Assembly: GCA_944389275.1 (NCBI GenBank)
Contig: CALXLT010000039.1
Coordinates: 1,493 to 65,492, forward strand
From: an uncultured Spirochaetaceae bacterium
GTDB taxonomy: Bacteria > Spirochaetota > Spirochaetia > Sphaerochaetales > Sphaerochaetaceae
Length of the DNA: 64,000 nt
Reading direction: 5' to 3'
Part shown: positions 30,065-37,451 of the stretch, piece after piece
Numbering within the stretch: the first letter of the stretch is position 1
Layout of the letters: each line of letters begins with the position of its first letter
The notes under the pieces: generated by a model
Databases searched by the model: none
The model's input: the letters and a program-made list of their open reading frames with translations, nothing else
What the model was told of the DNA's origin: nothing
Program-made: the position numbers and the translations under genes

Positions 30065-30499
30065 ATGAAGATTGCAGCAACATACTCGAAGGAAGACGGC
30101 AGCGTCTTCCAGCATTTCGGAAGGACTGAGTGGTTCAAGATATACTCGATCGATAACGGGAAAATAACAGGAGACGAGGTCGTCTCAGCGGCAGAGACAG
30201 GCGGGCATTCAGCTCTCGCTCCGTTCCTTGCCGAGAAGGGCGTCAGCGTCCTCATCTGCGGAGGGCTTGGAGGAGGGGCCAGGATGGCGCTCTCATCCTG
30301 CGGCATCACGGTCCTCCCGGGTGTATCAGGGGACGCGGACACTGCGGCAAAGGCCTTTGCCAACGGCGTCCTCGAATACAATGAGAACGCCACATGCCAT
30401 CACCACGATGGGGAGCACGAGTGTCACCACCATGAAGGAGAGGAAGGGCACCACTGCCATCATCACGGAGATGAAGAGGGTCATCACTGCTGCCACTGA
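30065..30499 (+). CDS. NifB/NifX-type (dinitrogenase FeMo-cofactor biosynthesis fold) small protein with His/Cys-rich tail
   Basis: MKIAATYSKEDGSVFQHFGRTEWFKIY...VLICGGLGGGA core. C-terminal CHHHDGEHECHHHEGEEGHHCHHHGDEEGHHCCH. Confidence 0.75.
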   Translation: MKIAATYSKEDGSVFQHFGRTEWFKIYSIDNGKITGDEVVSAAETGGHSALAPFLAEKGVSVLICGGLGGGARMALSSCGITVLPGVSGDADTAAKAFANGVLEYNENATCHHHDGEHECHHHEGEEGHHCHHHGDEEGHHCCH

Positions 30500-30527
30500 T
30501 CCGGCATTTCTGTGATAGAATCCTCTT

Positions 30528-31760
30528 ATGCTAGGATTGAAGAAGAGGATACTTCTATCTTTCACCGTCTTTGCCATGTTCTTCGGAGCTGGCAATCTCA
30601 TCTTCCCGCCTTACCTTGCATACGAGGCGGGAAGAAGCGTTATACCGGCATTCATAGGCTTCATAGCCACGGCAATCGGCCTTCCGGTTCTCTCCCTTAT
30701 AGCCATAGGCAAGGCCGGCGCTACCGAGAAGCTTGCATCCAGGGTCCATCCTGTATTTGCCGCGGCTTTCACCATAGCAATATACCTTGCGATAGGACCA
30801 TGCCTTGCAATACCGCGCACGGCAAGTACGAGCTATGAGATGGTTGCGAACGCGCTTCCCGTGAAGATAGACTGGCTTCTTATCCCATACTCAATCATCT
30901 TCTTCATACTCAGCGGAATAATCGCGCTCAGGCCTGAAAAGCTCACGAAGAGGCTTGGAAGGATACTCTCACCGCTATTGGTGACACTTATAGCAATACT
31001 CTTCATCGGATCGATGCTGCACTTCAGCGGCAGTGGCTCGGAAGCAGCAGGAGCCTATGCCACGCATCCATTCTCCACAGGCTTCACTGACGGCTACCAG
31101 ACGATGGACGCGCTAGCGGGCCTTGTGTTCGGCATAGTGCTTGCGCTGAACATAGAAGCCCTAGGCGTGAAGGGCAAGGATATAACGAAGGAAGCAGCGA
31201 TGGCATCCATAGGGGGCGGAGTGCTCCTTCTTGCAGTCTATTCAATGATCGTAGTCATCGGGCTTTCGGCAAAAGGCTACACGGCAGACGCTGCAAATGG
31301 CGCAGACGTGCTCAGTGCGGCGGCAGCGGCGGTATCCGGACACTACGGACGCTCGGTCCTGGCCCTCATATTCGTAATAGCCTGCTTCAACACGTCAGTA
31401 AGCCTTCTATCCTCTTGCGGGGAGTATTTCCACCACCTTCAGCCGAGAATCCCTCGTGGCGGCTGGATCGCGATATTCGCGGCTGTCTCGTGTTTGATAT
31501 CAAACGTGGGGCTCAATGCGATAATAAGCATCTCCTCCCCTATCCTCACGCTCTTCTACCCCGCAGCGATAATGCTCATAGCGCTCTCATTCCTCCCAAA
31601 TCCTGATTCACTTACATGGACTCATAGGATCGGAGTTGTCGCGGCACTTATAGCATCGCTTCTGAATGTTCTGGGACTCTACTCCTCGACATTCCTCTGG
31701 ATAGTGCCAGCAGCCCTCGGCAGCGTAATAGGTTACGTGATAGACAGGAAAGCAAAGTAA
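30528..31760 (+). CDS. brnQ: Branched-chain amino acid transport system II carrier
   Basis: FAMFFGAGNLIFPPYLAYEAG is the BrnQ/LIVCS signature. About 12 TM. Confidence 0.85.
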   Translation: MLGLKKRILLSFTVFAMFFGAGNLIFPPYLAYEAGRSVIPAFIGFIATAIGLPVLSLIAIGKAGATEKLASRVHPVFAAAFTIAIYLAIGPCLAIPRTASTSYEMVANALPVKIDWLLIPYSIIFFILSGIIALRPEKLTKRLGRILSPLLVTLIAILFIGSMLHFSGSGSEAAGAYATHPFSTGFTDGYQTMDALAGLVFGIVLALNIEALGVKGKDITKEAAMASIGGGVLLLAVYSMIVVIGLSAKGYTADAANGADVLSAAAAAVSGHYGRSVLALIFVIACFNTSVSLLSSCGEYFHHLQPRIPRGGWIAIFAAVSCLISNVGLNAIISISSPILTLFYPAAIMLIALSFLPNPDSLTWTHRIGVVAALIASLLNVLGLYSSTFLWIVPAALGSVIGYVIDRKAK

Positions 31761-31766
31761 GAATAA

Positions 31767-31790
31767 GGACCCAGCATCGCTGCTGAGTCC
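31767..31790 (-). terminator. Hairpin acting as terminator for minus-strand transcripts entering from the islet/prophage side
   Basis: GGACCCAGCA-tcgc-TGCTGAGTCC (9 of 10 bp). On the minus strand it is followed by TTATTCTTACTTTG. Confidence 0.4.
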
Positions 31791-31830
31791 AAAAGCATAA
31801 AATATTCCGGAAGAGATACTCTCTTCTTCC

Positions 31831-32025
31831 CTAATTCATCTTGTATGCCCACGAGGTATCTCCCGCTGCATACTTCCGTCTGTAGTCCCTGACGGTGTAG
31901 GTGTTGAGCCCGGTGATCGTAGCCGTTCTCTTGTATCCGTTGCCCTGCTCGAATAAATCAAGGCATTCAAGCCTTTTCTCTGCAGGTATCCTGGATTTCC
32001 GGAGGGACGTTTCTCTTTCTTCCAT
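31831..32025 (-). CDS. Small helix-turn-helix protein (transposase/resolvase-type HTH-like)
   Basis: 64 aa. RIPAEKRLECLDLFEQGNGYKRTATITGLNTYTVRDYRRKY resembles HTH_23/28-type N-terminal domains. GGGAGGAGG SD before ATG 32025. Confidence 0.55.
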   Translation of the reverse strand: MEERETSLRKSRIPAEKRLECLDLFEQGNGYKRTATITGLNTYTVRDYRRKYAAGDTSWAYKMN

Positions 32026-32096
32026 CGCCTCCTCCCTTGATATGAGGGCCCAGCATATTCAATCTAGGCCCTCTTAATCCTTAGGCTAAGATCACA

Positions 32097-33308
32097 TTAG
32101 ATTGTGAGTGTAGTTCCCTCGATTGTCAGCTTACCGGACTCAAATGAACCCCAGTTGGTAAGACCTGTGATTGCTGTTGCAGCTGATGTTCCAGCCTCCT
32201 TAAGAGTAGCCGATGCATTAGCACCAAGTGTGCCAGTGATTGGGTATGCAGAATCAATCACAATCTCAACAGGATAATCACCGCTATAAGAGAACTCTCC
32301 GCCGATAGTATAAGCGCCAGTAAGAGTGACAGTCTTTGAATTTGTATCTACACCACGAGTAGACTTTGCGAATGTGATTGTCATATCGCCATTCATCTTA
32401 TACTCATCAGATGTACCAAACTTATAATCCTTACCAGACAGAGTCAGCGTAAATACACCCTCAACCTTATCAGTCGTATTTACATCATCCTTGTCTTCCC
32501 AGTTAGCTGTTACTGAAAGCCCCTCAACAGTCTTACCACTAAGGATAGTATTCACATCAGTAAAGATGCCTGTCATATCACCGTTCACGCCTGTAGAAAG
32601 GTAGTTTTTTGCAACCTTCTGGACAAATGCAACTGGATCTGCATCAGTTGCAGCATCAATAAGAGCATTCTTGAAGGACTCATCGCTGAATGTCTTTGAC
32701 TCAATCACAGGTACCCCATCTGCATCTCTTGCAGTGATTACATCCATTGTGATAGATGCATCCTGCTTTGCAAGAGGAGCATATACCTTAGCTGATGTCG
32801 CTGTGACTGTATACTGACCTGTCACAGGAATAGCTACGGATACATTCTCAAGAGATCCTGTAAGAGAGAATGTGACTGTCTTATATTCAGACTCAGCAGA
32901 ATCAAAAAGCTGAACAGCACCATCAGATGCAACAGTATAGTAGTATGCATTGATTGAACCACCCTCAGACTCTGTCTTAGCCTTATAGCTACCCCATACA
33001 TCAACAGTAACAGTTCCAATCATCTTCCCCGCATTAGATGTAGAAGTGACAACAAGATGACCGGCATCAGTAATCTCTGAGTTATACTGATCAGCACCTC
33101 CAATCAACGTCTTTACATCAATAAGAGCAGGTGCTGAATAGAATGCCTTAACAACAAAATCTGCAGCTTCCTTGTTGAGATTAGCCTCAGAAACTGGATA
33201 TGTAACCGTAGTATCCTCATCACCACCAGCTGGTGTTGTGCTGTTATCACAAGCTGCGAAGCTGAAAAGCACAGCAAGGGACAGCATAAGAATCATGAAC
33301 TTTTTCAT
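32097..33308 (-). CDS. Lipoprotein of unknown function (AT-rich gene)
   Basis: ORF 32097..33317 (TTG). ATG at 33308 gives MKKFMILMLSLAVLFSFAAC lipobox. Thr/Val/Gly-rich beta-type sequence. About 45% GC in sampled lines versus about 52-55% in neighbours. Confidence 0.7.
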   Translation of the reverse strand: MKKFMILMLSLAVLFSFAACDNSTTPAGGDEDTTVTYPVSEANLNKEAADFVVKAFYSAPALIDVKTLIGGADQYNSEITDAGHLVVTSTSNAGKMIGTVTVDVWGSYKAKTESEGGSINAYYYTVASDGAVQLFDSAESEYKTVTFSLTGSLENVSVAIPVTGQYTVTATSAKVYAPLAKQDASITMDVITARDADGVPVIESKTFSDESFKNALIDAATDADPVAFVQKVAKNYLSTGVNGDMTGIFTDVNTILSGKTVEGLSVTANWEDKDDVNTTDKVEGVFTLTLSGKDYKFGTSDEYKMNGDMTITFAKSTRGVDTNSKTVTLTGAYTIGGEFSYSGDYPVEIVIDSAYPITGTLGANASATLKEAGTSAATAITGLTNWGSFESGKLTIEGTTLTI

Positions 33309-33350
33309 AATCTCCAAAAATCCTCCGAAACTATGCTTATGATTTCCCTC

Positions 33351-33462
33351 TGTTTCCTACTGTTTCAAGGTGATTCTTGCAATTATCAGCATTGCAACAA
33401 GTTACAAGCACCTGATTTGTCTTGCTGTTTCCTAGTGTTTCCTGCCGTTGCTTACTGTTTCG
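33351..33462. repeat. Five copies of TGTTTC(C/A/G) in two 10-bp-phased clusters
   Basis: Copies start at 33351, 33361, 33426, 33436 and 33456 (GAAACA on the minus strand). They flank the probable promoter of the lipoprotein gene. Confidence 0.7.
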
Positions 33463-33491
33463 TTGTCAGCGTGGGCAAATCGTGGACAAAT

Positions 33492-33514
33492 CCCACAGGT
33501 GGCGGACCTGTGGG
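33492..33514 (-). terminator. Hairpin downstream of tRNA-Asn
   Basis: CCCACAGG-tggcgga-CCTGTGGG (8 bp), followed on the minus strand by ATTTGTCCACGATTTG. Only moderately T-rich. Confidence 0.3.
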
Positions 33515-33577
33515 AAGGAGGTTTCTGAGAAATCTTTTATCCTTGCTGTATTGTTACCGCTTACCGCCATTGCGGGA

Positions 33578-33650
33578 CTGCCGGAGTGGGGCTCGAACCC
33601 ACGACAGGGTGGTTAACAGCCACCTGCTCTGCCGACTGAGCTACCCGGCA
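33578..33650 (-). tRNA. tRNA-Asn (anticodon GUU)
   Basis: Folded manually. Acceptor UGCCGGG/UCCGGCA, D arm GCUC-AGUCGGC-AGAGC, anticodon arm GGUGG-CUGUUAA-CCACC, variable CUGUC, T arm GUGGG-UUCGAGC-CCCAC, discriminator G. CCA is not encoded. Confidence 0.9.
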
Positions 33651-33687
33651 AGATAGGGATGCCCGGAATCACCAGGCACCCCGCCAA

Positions 33688-34377
33688 TCAGATCAGGGAG
33701 ATATCCCCTGCTCTCTCATTGATTGTCATGGCTCCTGTGGCATATCCGAACTTCGGACCATTCACATCAGTGATGCCTGCAGCCTTGCCATCCGTCACCG
33801 TGACAGTGACAGGAGTGAGCTTGAAGCCGTCAGCGCCTACGAAGGCTCCTGTGATCTCCTCGGCCGTGACAGCCGTAGCAGGAAGCTGGAGCTTAGCGTA
33901 GCCCTCAACCTCGCCTACATCGAGAGTCACATCGGCATCCTTCACCGCAAAGGCATCCGCAGTGAAGACGCCATCCTCAGTCTCGCCTGAAAGCTCAAGG
34001 GTGAGCGTCCCTGTAGCGATCCTCGTGTAGAGCCAAGGTTCGGGATCCTCAGGGTTCCTGTGCCCATCGAAGTCGTACTTGGTGAGAGTCAGAGGAATGG
34101 TGAGGGTCTTCCCGTCCTCAGAGAAAGCTATAGAGCCAGCCGCCATGGACTGCACGGTCACGCCCTCCTCATCATCCACCTTCTCGCCCTTGAGGATATG
34201 GTCTATATCCCCGAGCACCCTGACATGGCCGAATGCGCCGAGATAACCCTCAAGCGCAGCATAATCCTGCGCCGTGGCTGTCTCCACATCAGTTCCGATA
34301 TCCATAGCAGGGGCATCCTTGCACCCCGCCAGCACTGCTATCGCAGCAACCAAAAGAAGTATCGCGATCTTCTTCAT
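33688..34377 (-). CDS. Prophage lipoprotein, last gene of the lysis-like cassette
   Basis: ORF 33688..34419. AAGGAG lies 6 nt before ATG 34377. MKKIAILLLVAAIAVLAGC lipobox. No family recognised. Confidence 0.7.
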   Translation of the reverse strand: MKKIAILLLVAAIAVLAGCKDAPAMDIGTDVETATAQDYAALEGYLGAFGHVRVLGDIDHILKGEKVDDEEGVTVQSMAAGSIAFSEDGKTLTIPLTLTKYDFDGHRNPEDPEPWLYTRIATGTLTLELSGETEDGVFTADAFAVKDADVTLDVGEVEGYAKLQLPATAVTAEEITGAFVGADGFKLTPVTVTVTDGKAAGITDVNGPKFGYATGAMTINERAGDISLI

Positions 34378-34394
34378 CTTGTTCTCCTTATCTA

Positions 34395-34991
34395 TCAGAA
34401 CATCCAGCCGATTCCGCATCTGAATGTGAAATCGTCCAGGCTGAAATCCATTGCATCCTGCCAGGTCCCGCCGATCATGTAGTCAGCGCCGAGCTCAAGC
34501 ATCAGGCTGTTGCCAAGCCTCGTACCGATAGTCAGCCCAATGCCATATTCCGGCGCCATATCCGCAAAGCCCATGATGCCATCCAGCATGATATAGGCTT
34601 TCGTCCCGGACTCATCCTTGAGCCTCGAATTCTCCCTTGCAAGGGAATCTATCGCAGCATCCTTGCTCTTTGATGTCGCCTCCAGTGCGGCATAATCGGC
34701 CTTTGCTGCATCAAGCTCAGCCAGGATTGCTGAAACCTCTTCAGACGTCAGCCTCTTCCCCGCTTCCGCCTTCGCTGTCGCTTCCTGCACCGCTGAGGAT
34801 GCTGGCAGCTCTATCGAGATGATCTCTTCCTGAGTCCCAGAGCCTGTCTTCAGCGCTTCGGCCAGGGCTTCCTGAGCCAAGGTATCTGTAGGCCTTGCCG
34901 CCGGCGAGCCTGTCGCACGCCCTGGAAAAGCCCAGAGCGAGAAGGAAGCCAGCAACAGCACCAATAATGATATCGACAACTTTCTGCACAT
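34395..34991 (-). CDS. Signal-anchored coiled-coil protein with OMP-like C-terminal beta segment ending in Phe
   Basis: TGATG overlap with the upstream gene and a GGAGGG SD. N-terminal hydrophobic segment, Ala/Glu-rich heptad-like middle, C-terminal GIGLTIGTRLGNSLMLELGADYMIGG...FRCGIGWMF. Confidence 0.65.
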   Translation of the reverse strand: MCRKLSISLLVLLLASFSLWAFPGRATGSPAARPTDTLAQEALAEALKTGSGTQEEIISIELPASSAVQEATAKAEAGKRLTSEEVSAILAELDAAKADYAALEATSKSKDAAIDSLARENSRLKDESGTKAYIMLDGIMGFADMAPEYGIGLTIGTRLGNSLMLELGADYMIGGTWQDAMDFSLDDFTFRCGIGWMF

Positions 34992-35548
34992 CACTTTCCC
35001 TCCGTAATCTTCCTGATATAATCACGGCCTTTCCTTGCTGCATCCGTCTTTCCCGCCTTCAATGCTTCTGCAACCGTAAGCGCCTGCCCATCAACGATCA
35101 GCGTCAGTGGCTTGTCCAGATTCGGAGTTCCGCCGAGCCTGTCATCAACGAACTGATAGCGGAGAGTGTTCTCTAGGCTGTTCTTCGTCCTGGCCTCGGC
35201 AACAGCCTTGCAGAACCTTGTACCAAGAGCCATGAGTATGCCGATGCACATCACCGCAAGCCACAGGGTTGTCCAGCCCCACGAAGTGGACAGGATGCCT
35301 CCAAGCCAGCCTCCGCAGGCAAGCAGCATATAGATGGTGATCTGCCATATCTCAGGGGCATAGTCCTTGAGATACAGGTGATAGACCAGCCTTGCCAGCG
35401 TTGCGCCTGCTCCTCCGAAGAACATTCCCCAGAAGAGGGAATAGAGGATGCCTACCTGGAAAGCCAGTCCGGTTACGAGCGCGGCGGCAATGCAGCAGAG
35501 CGCAGCCGGTATCCCGTAGATCAGCAGCTTCTTCTGATAAGCCTTCAT
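34991..35548 (-). CDS. Four-TM membrane protein with soluble C-terminal domain (unknown function, in the endolysin position)
   Basis: ATGA overlap with the holin-like gene and an AAGGAGG SD. 4 predicted TM helices, then about 65 charged residues. No muralytic motif seen. Confidence 0.65.
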   Translation of the reverse strand: MKAYQKKLLIYGIPAALCCIAAALVTGLAFQVGILYSLFWGMFFGGAGATLARLVYHLYLKDYAPEIWQITIYMLLACGGWLGGILSTSWGWTTLWLAVMCIGILMALGTRFCKAVAEARTKNSLENTLRYQFVDDRLGGTPNLDKPLTLIVDGQALTVAEALKAGKTDAARKGRDYIRKITEGK

Positions 35549-36012
35549 GCTGCCTCCTTTTCGGCCTTCCTTGTCTTGTGCTTCTTTATCGCACCGTGGC
35601 CGATGTCGTAGATGATGAATGAAAACCCCGTGTATACAAGGCCATTCCCGATGCCGTAAAGCAGGACGCGCTCTACTCCCTTCCAGCTCTCGACCTCATA
35701 CTGGAGCCAGCCGAAGATGAAGCCGACAGCCAGGTACATGATGAGAAGGATGACAGGAAGAGGCGGCATCCACTTAGGCAGCTTGCTTCGCTTCAGCCAG
35801 AACCCCGCTATCATTACGACTGCAATCCATGTAGCCATGATCGGGTCGAGGTAGGAAGCGAAGAGCTTGATGATGGAGAATACAGGTGCACCCATATTGA
35901 ACCCCTCCTCTATGACGATACGGACTAATCCGACAGCGGCAGAGAAGCATGAAACGACAGGGGCCATAAGCCCCTTGCGCGCATTGTCGATCTCGTGCCT
36001 CTCATCCGCCAT
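35545..36012 (-). CDS. Putative holin (phi LC3 / Phage_holin_5-like)
   Basis: Membrane protein directly after the fibre genes. LKRSKLPKWMPPLPVILLIMYLAVG and GIGNGLVYTGFSFIIYD resemble phi-LC3-type holins. Charged C-terminus. Strong internal start at 35895 (GAGGAGGGG-N6-ATG). Confidence 0.5.
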   Translation of the reverse strand: MADERHEIDNARKGLMAPVVSCFSAAVGLVRIVIEEGFNMGAPVFSIIKLFASYLDPIMATWIAVVMIAGFWLKRSKLPKWMPPLPVILLIMYLAVGFIFGWLQYEVESWKGVERVLLYGIGNGLVYTGFSFIIYDIGHGAIKKHKTRKAEKEAA

Positions 36013-36190
36013 GCATTCAGGATAGATAGGCGCTGATATGCAGGAAAGCTCACCTGTCTGCCTCCTGAACAGGTGGAGGAAAGCAACTGATTTTTACTTG
36101 TAATTCCCAACAAGAAGGACGATACTGTAGAGGATATTTCGATATCAGCCCCGGTTAGGTGGTCCCCCCTCCTGGTCGGGGCTCATTCAT

Positions 36191-36865
36191 TCAGACTGTC
36201 CTCTTCCACATATACACGCTCAAGTATGGCTGCATGTTATTGTGCGAGCCATTGCCACCTGTATTATCGATAGTGTGCTGGTGGCTTCCAGCTGAACTGA
36301 TATCCAAAGAATGAGAATGCGTACCGGATGAAGATGTGTTTCCTGTCCAGCCATCCTTAGCATTGAGTTTGAATCCAACAGTAATAGAGTCACCCTCTTG
36401 TCCGGATGTATATCTTCCTGCCCCATCGATATAATCCAAGGCCCCTGATCTTGTATATCCCTGATCATTCTTACGGCTGAAAACCTTCCACCAATGAAGC
36501 GTACCTACGATGTTCATATCACCTTTTGAATGGCTATGAGAGCCAGCATCATAAGTCGAGCCAGAGTGATAGTGCGATCCAGCACTGTTCATCGTATGGT
36601 TGTGTGATGGCATCTCGTTTGTCGTAAGCTTATGGGTCTCCTCTCCGCCTGTCTCCCCAGCTGGGTGGCTTGTGCCAGCTCCTATAAGCACTCGCCCCTG
36701 ATCCAGCGGTTCCCAAGTACCGCCGAAGAGCTCTGCCGGGGAAGTAGGGTTAACGCTCATGTAGATTGAGCCTACAGGATAAGCATACCCCCCCCCCATT
36801 GAAATCTGATTCTTCACCCAAGCCTTGATAGCCTTGAGTGCATTCTCACCAAGTGCCTTAGACAT
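36191..36865 (-). CDS. Tail fibre protein with phage Tail Collar domain (paralog 1)
   Basis: PVGSIYMS...GGTWEPLDQGRVLIGAG...GETGGEETHKLTTNEMPSHNHT...GSHNNMQPYLSVYMWKRT matches the collar/MdpB pattern. Repeated GSHxH motifs. Confidence 0.8.
   Translation of the reverse strand: MSKALGENALKAIKAWVKNQISMGGGYAYPVGSIYMSVNPTSPAELFGGTWEPLDQGRVLIGAGTSHPAGETGGEETHKLTTNEMPSHNHTMNSAGSHYHSGSTYDAGSHSHSKGDMNIVGTLHWWKVFSRKNDQGYTRSGALDYIDGAGRYTSGQEGDSITVGFKLNAKDGWTGNTSSSGTHSHSLDISSAGSHQHTIDNTGGNGSHNNMQPYLSVYMWKRTV
36788..36797 (-). repeat. Homopolymeric G10 tract (C10 on plus) inside fibre paralog 1, codons 23-26
   Basis: Read directly: ...TCA ATG GGG GGG GGG TAT... on the minus strand. Confidence 0.9.
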
Positions 36866-37436
36866 TGCTTGCCTCCGCTATCGATGCAGTCAGCACCTGC
36901 ACCTGTGCTTCCGATGCGTTGACCTTATCCCTTGCCGCCTGTCTCTTTGCCTTAAGCCCCGGATACTCCGTCTCAAGGTCAAGCCCAAGCTCTGTGCACT
37001 TGATTACTGCATAGTCCGTATCCCTGAGATAGTCCTTGGCTTCCATTATCGCTTCTTCAAGCTCCTGCTTCTGCTTTTCCTCTTCCGACAGCACAGGCTC
37101 TTCCGGCTCCGGCTTCGGAGGATTGCGCCTTGCATCCTGAGTTTCGAAAAGGGAGCCAGCAAGAGGTATCAGCGATTCAGCATATGCCATAGCCTCATCC
37201 CAATGCTCTGGAACAATTACCTCGCTCTCATCCAAGCCGGAATCTATGCGCCCTCCATTAAGAAGCCTGAGACCTGTATCAATGCATAGCTCAAGCTTAT
37301 TGATATAGCTAGGCACAGCCTCACCATGGTCAATGGCGAAATTCTCAAGGGTATCCTGATATACATCGGTCTTGCCCTTGTCCTGTACGATGATGATGTC
37401 ATCCTCTCTGTTGATGTAAACCAGCTGCTGATTCAT
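36858..37436 (-). CDS. Putative tail-fibre assembly/chaperone-like protein
   Basis: Sits between the two fibre paralogs. C-terminal DYLRDTDYAVIKCTELGL...PGLKAKRQAARDKVN resembles the C-terminal motif of fibre-assembly/DUF4376-type proteins. 8-nt overlap with fibre 1. Confidence 0.5.
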   Translation of the reverse strand: MNQQLVYINREDDIIIVQDKGKTDVYQDTLENFAIDHGEAVPSYINKLELCIDTGLRLLNGGRIDSGLDESEVIVPEHWDEAMAYAESLIPLAGSLFETQDARRNPPKPEPEEPVLSEEEKQKQELEEAIMEAKDYLRDTDYAVIKCTELGLDLETEYPGLKAKRQAARDKVNASEAQVQVLTASIAEASNV

Positions 37437-37451
37437 ATCCTCTCCCTCCTC

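Noticed and set aside
30065-30499. NifX-like gene as evidence for nitrogen fixation
   Set aside because: There are no nifHDK or nifEN genes nearby. Small NifB/NifX-fold proteins are widespread in non-diazotrophic anaerobes.
33578-33650. tRNA-Asn as the attB site of the main prophage
   Set aside because: Integrases normally target the tRNA 3' end, leaving the element on the 3' side. Here the phage structural and lysis genes lie on the 5' side, and I saw no duplicated tRNA 3' fragment in the window. This is kept only as an open question in the findings.
36013-36190. Competing small hairpins (CCTCC...GGAGG versus CACCTGT...ACAGGTG, and AGCCCCG...CGGGGCT) between the fibre and holin genes, considered as an attenuator or riboregulator
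   Set aside because: The stems are only 5-7 bp with large loops. There is no T-tract and no clear link to the holin SD. These cannot be distinguished from chance without covariation data.
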